DNA from: Escherichia coli
GTDB lineage: Bacteria > Pseudomonadota > Gammaproteobacteria > Enterobacterales > Enterobacteriaceae
Assembly: GCF_013315695.1 (NCBI RefSeq)
Contig: NZ_CP054353.1
DNA: 64,000 nucleotides
Strand: one strand, 5' to 3'
The stretch's first letter is position 1. Every line of letters starts with the position of its first letter. Positions 58,004 through 64,000 of this stretch are shown piece after piece. The notes beneath the pieces are model-generated. The model worked only from the letters and a program-made list of their open reading frames with translations, made no database searches and was not told where the DNA came from. Made by a program: the position numbers and the translations under genes.

Positions 58004-59014
58004 TCAGAGGATGTGCACCTGCATTTCTGGGTCTTTGCGATCCAGATAGTGGATAGACTGAATGCGGCGAATGGTGCGTGACTTGCCGCGGATCAGCAGC
58101 GTTTCGGTAGTCGCGATATTGCCTTTGCGGCTAATGCCTTCCAGCAGATCGCCTTTGGTAATACCGGTGGCAGAAAAGATGACGTTATCGCTGCGTGCCA
58201 TATCGCCCAGACGTAATACTTTACCGGCTTCGATGCCCATTGCTTTGCAGCGTGCCAGCTCCTGCTCGCCAATGCGACGATTCTCTTCGTTGTCGCCTTT
58301 GACGTCATGACGCGCCAGCAGACGACCGTTCATGTCACCATCTAATGCGCGGATCACCGCCGCAGAAACCACGCCTTCCGGCGCGCCACCAATACCGTAC
58401 AGCACGTCAACTTCGCTGTCTGGCATACAGGTGAGAATTGAGGCCGCAACGTCGCCGTCCGGAATAGCAAATACGCGTACGCCGAGTTGCTGCATTTCAG
58501 CGATAACGGCATCGTGGCGTGGTTTAGCCAGAATCGTTACCGTCAGTTCGCTCAACGGTTTGCCGAGCGCCGCCGCTACATTGCGCAGGTTATCCGCCAG
58601 CGGCAGGTTCAGATCAATGGTGCCTTTGGCTCCCGGTCCGACGATCAGCTTCTCCATATACATATCTGGCGCATTGAGGAAGCAGCCTTTATCGCCTACT
58701 GCCAGCACTGCCAGCGCGTTAGCCTGGCCCATCGCCGTCATGCGCGTGCCTTCAATCGGATCAACAGCAATATCTACCGCGTCGCCGCGACCAGTACCGA
58801 CTTTTTCACCAATGTAGAGCATCGGTGCTTCGTCGATTTCACCTTCACCAATAACGATGGTGCCGTCAATGTTGACCTGGTTGAGCATAATACGCATGGC
58901 GTTTACCGCTGCGCCGTCCGCGGTGTTTTTATCGCCGCGTCCTAGCCATTTGTAGCCAGCCAGCGCCGCAGATTCGGTGACGCGGGAAAATTCGATGGCA
59001 AGTTCTCGTCTCAT
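58004..59014 (-). CDS. glpX: fructose-1,6-bisphosphatase class II
   Basis: Start MRRELAIEFSRVTESAALAGYKWLGRGDK at 59014 (track ORF extends upstream); 336 aa. Confidence 0.93.
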   Translation of the reverse strand: MRRELAIEFSRVTESAALAGYKWLGRGDKNTADGAAVNAMRIMLNQVNIDGTIVIGEGEIDEAPMLYIGEKVGTGRGDAVDIAVDPIEGTRMTAMGQANALAVLAVGDKGCFLNAPDMYMEKLIVGPGAKGTIDLNLPLADNLRNVAAALGKPLSELTVTILAKPRHDAVIAEMQQLGVRVFAIPDGDVAASILTCMPDSEVDVLYGIGGAPEGVVSAAVIRALDGDMNGRLLARHDVKGDNEENRRIGEQELARCKAMGIEAGKVLRLGDMARSDNVIFSATGITKGDLLEGISRKGNIATTETLLIRGKSRTIRRIQSIHYLDRKDPEMQVHIL

Positions 59015-59112
59015 AGCAAACTCTAAGCAGTAAGGAATGGCGCGAAGTGTAGCACAGGGTAAGGGCGGGATTATTGATGTGTGCGGGGTTGCCCCCGCAC
59101 GATTCAGGACTA

Positions 59113-59142
59113 CCGGATGCGGCATAAACGCTTCATCCGGCA
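59113..59142. repeat. REP-like palindromic unit between glpX and glpK
   Basis: ccggatgcggcataaacgcttcatccggca. Confidence 0.6.
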
Positions 59143-59148
59143 TTTACA

Positions 59149-61525
<2,377 letters not shown>

Positions 61526-61901
61526 AATCGGATCCTGAAGAGTTAATGTTTGTTGTATGCGTGAAAGTCACGGACCTCCACGATGCTTGTAGGCATGCTG
61601 TAAACTTATCGTTAACGAGCAAAAACGAGAAATATCGAACTTAAAATGTGTGTGCTTCGTCATAAAATGAGCGTTATCGCGCCATTTATTCCGTCTGATT
61701 GTACATGATGCATGTTTGTTAGATCATTCGCGCAACAAATTTATTAACATTTTCGATTGATGTGGATTATGTCACCAGGAGAAGGATGAAAAGTGTGGCA
61801 AACCGTAATCTGCAAGGCGTGCCGCTGGACAGCGATGGCGCGGCTTCATACAATCGGAGCTAACTAAAGTGCGCTCGTATTTATTAAGGCGTCACCGGTA
61901 A

Positions 61902-62195
<294 letters not shown>

Positions 62196-62208
62196 TCTCT
62201 TCCATGCA

Positions 62209-62235
62209 GAGGCGCCGCAAGGCGCCTTATTTTTT
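62209..62235 (+). terminator. Rho-independent terminator of zapB
   Basis: ggcgcc-gcaa-ggcgcc hairpin followed by ttatttttt. Confidence 0.75.
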
Positions 62236-62950
62236 ACTTCACTGCATTTTTAGCGGAAAGCATAATCTCCATCGCCTGTTGGCGATATTTATCTGCCGTA
62301 TCTGGCGCCATTAATGCAATGATCCCCACAGCCCTGGGGGTGTCTTCAAGATAAACACTGATGGTTCTTTTCTGCTGACCATCAAAATTTATCAACACAT
62401 CCTGATACTTACAGGTGAAATGTTTGGCATTACAATCATGAAACTGGAAGGCTTCCTCATTGTATTGATCCTTGAGATTGTCTCGCTGCTTCTTCTTTAA
62501 CGCTTCCAGCGGGTCATCGGCGCTACGTCCTGCGGGCAGACGGAAAGCAGAAATGAAGACGCTATTATCCTCACTTCTTATATCAATGGTTTTATTAGTA
62601 CTAATGGAAACCGTATTCCAGTGTCGGTTCGGGATAGTCACGGTTATCGCAGCATTCTCAAAGGTATATTGCCACGGGGTAAACATACGAAACGTATTGC
62701 CGACTTTGGATAAAAGCAGGATTCCCAATACCCAACAGCACCCGCGAGTAAAACTGGCGAAGTTACGTGTTTTTTTAATAAATGCGCACAGAATACCTGA
62801 CACAAGCACGGGAAGTAACAACGGCCCCAGAAATACTGAACCGATATACTCGCCAACCATGCCAGGATCTCCAGACAGTAGGTTGCTGTGCTGAAGATGA
62901 CTAAGAAAAGTAGTTATTATCCATAGTATTAATAAGATAACGTATCTCAT
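62234..62950 (-). CDS. hypothetical membrane protein (3 predicted N-terminal TM helices plus C-terminal domain), paralog A; accessory
   Basis: 238-aa ORF with RBS aaggga; hydrophobic segments near 3-19, 35-58, 70-83; shares W.YTF..ITVT.P and H.C....F.C.YQ motifs with the upstream ORF; AT-rich. Confidence 0.6.
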   Translation of the reverse strand: MRYVILLILWIITTFLSHLQHSNLLSGDPGMVGEYIGSVFLGPLLLPVLVSGILCAFIKKTRNFASFTRGCCWVLGILLLSKVGNTFRMFTPWQYTFENAAITVTIPNRHWNTVSISTNKTIDIRSEDNSVFISAFRLPAGRSADDPLEALKKKQRDNLKDQYNEEAFQFHDCNAKHFTCKYQDVLINFDGQQKRTISVYLEDTPRAVGIIALMAPDTADKYRQQAMEIMLSAKNAVK

Positions 62951-62982
62951 ATCAATCCCTTATTATTAACATACACATCAGA

Positions 62983-63669
62983 TTATTGATGGGCAGAAAG
63001 TATCATTTTCATTACTTCTTCTTGATATTCGTCCAAATAATCTGGGTCGATAGCTGCGACCAGTCGTATCAAATTAGTGTTATCCAGTAGAGTCATGAAA
63101 ATAGCATGTCTTATTTTGCCATCACTCATTGTTTGAATTCCTTCCTGATAAGCGCAGGCAAATCCCTTAACATCACAAACATGCATTTCTGCAGTTCCGT
63201 TTTGAGTCGCGGTAAGTTCCTCGATTGAATGCACACCGAGTTCATTTTGTGAGAAGGCAACAATAACTAAAATAGCATGGGCATCCCGAGTCACCAGGAT
63301 TGGTCCTTGTTTTACTATATTGGCAACCCACTGTTTGCTCGGAACTGTGACGGTGATACCTGGCCCCGGGAAAGTATAATCCCATGTGCTGTGTCGTTCC
63401 CACACTGTATAGCTGCTATAGATAAGAAATAATCCCATTAACCAACAAGTGCCGCGAATAAAGCTGTGGCTGCTTCTTTTTTTTATCGTTATACAGATGA
63501 TTGTGGCGATAATAAATGATAAGGCAAGTGGGTTAAAAAATACGTTAGCAAAATATAAAATCATTTCACCCGTGTTGCCAGACAAAAGGAATTTGTAGCG
63601 GAAATGGTTAACGACTATAAGTAATAAATATATAAATAAAAGAATAATATTCTGCATGAATACGTCCAT
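62983..63669 (-). CDS. hypothetical membrane protein, paralog B of the preceding ORF; accessory
   Basis: 228-aa ORF with the same architecture and motifs as paralog A (HVCDVKGFACAYQ vs HDCNAKHFTCKYQ); start may be the ATG at 63657; AT-rich. Confidence 0.55.
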   Translation of the reverse strand: MDVFMQNIILLFIYLLLIVVNHFRYKFLLSGNTGEMILYFANVFFNPLALSFIIATIICITIKKRSSHSFIRGTCWLMGLFLIYSSYTVWERHSTWDYTFPGPGITVTVPSKQWVANIVKQGPILVTRDAHAILVIVAFSQNELGVHSIEELTATQNGTAEMHVCDVKGFACAYQEGIQTMSDGKIRHAIFMTLLDNTNLIRLVAAIDPDYLDEYQEEVMKMILSAHQ

Positions 63670-63671
63670 GT

Positions 63672-63700
63672 ATAAAAAAGGGGAATTTAATTCCCCTTTT
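63672..63700. terminator. bidirectional-type terminator hairpin downstream of rraA
   Basis: aaaaaa-ggggaatttaattcccc-tttt. Confidence 0.65.
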
Positions 63701-63716
63701 AACGCATGGCAGGTAC

Positions 63717-64000
63717 TTATTCAATATCCAACGGATCTTCAGAAAGAATAATCCCGGTATTGTCGGCATAAAGATGGTCGCCGGAGAAGAAGGTGACACC
63801 GCCAAAATTGACGCGGACATCGCTTTCGCCAATGCCTTCGCCAGCGGCACCGACTGGAATTGCTGCCATCGCCTGGATGCCGATATCCAGCTCTTCCAGG
63901 TCATCTACCTGACGCACCGCGCCGTAAATGACCAGGCCTTCCCATTCATTTTGTACTGCCAGACGCGCCAGTTCAGCATCGACCAGTGCGCGACGAACAG
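63717..64000 (-). CDS. rraA: RNase E inhibitor RraA (partial, 5' end outside window)
   Basis: C-terminal translation ...[66 protein letters not shown]; stop at 63717; ORF remains open to window end. Confidence 0.85.

Overview
This window reads as an Escherichia coli-type chromosomal segment, collinear with the K-12 region hemN–yshB–glnGLA–typA … yihXY–dtd–yiiD–yiiEF–fdhE–fdoIHG–fdhD–yiiG–frvRXBA–rha–sodA–kdgT–yiiM–cpxARP–fieF–pfkA–sbp–cdh–tpiA–yiiQRS–uspD–fpr–glpXKF–zapB–rraA. Gene calls rest on reading the supplied ORF translations, visible motifs and remembered K-12 synteny; no database search or computation was run, and GC statements are by eye. Against that conserved backbone, five places differ from the K-12 layout as I remember it. 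(1) An AT-rich insertion between yiiD and yiiE carries a single ~604-aa gene whose product has the CKSAKDRT (CX5R) P-loop typical of SopB/IpgD-type phosphoinositide phosphatase effectors; this is the most interesting candidate. (2) The yih sulfosugar locus is replaced by a re-composed, inverted cluster: DeoR regulator, PfkB kinase, β-hydroxyacid dehydrogenase, YihT-like aldolase, Zn-alcohol dehydrogenase, two transporters and a mutarotase, with no glycosidase or isomerase. (3) An AT-rich gene between frvA and rhaM encodes an outer-membrane porin with an N-terminal coiled coil. (4) kdgT is broken into two frames. (5) An AT-rich insertion between zapB and rraA carries two tandem paralogous membrane proteins of unknown function. 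No IS elements, integrases, tRNAs, CRISPR arrays or prophage genes were seen.
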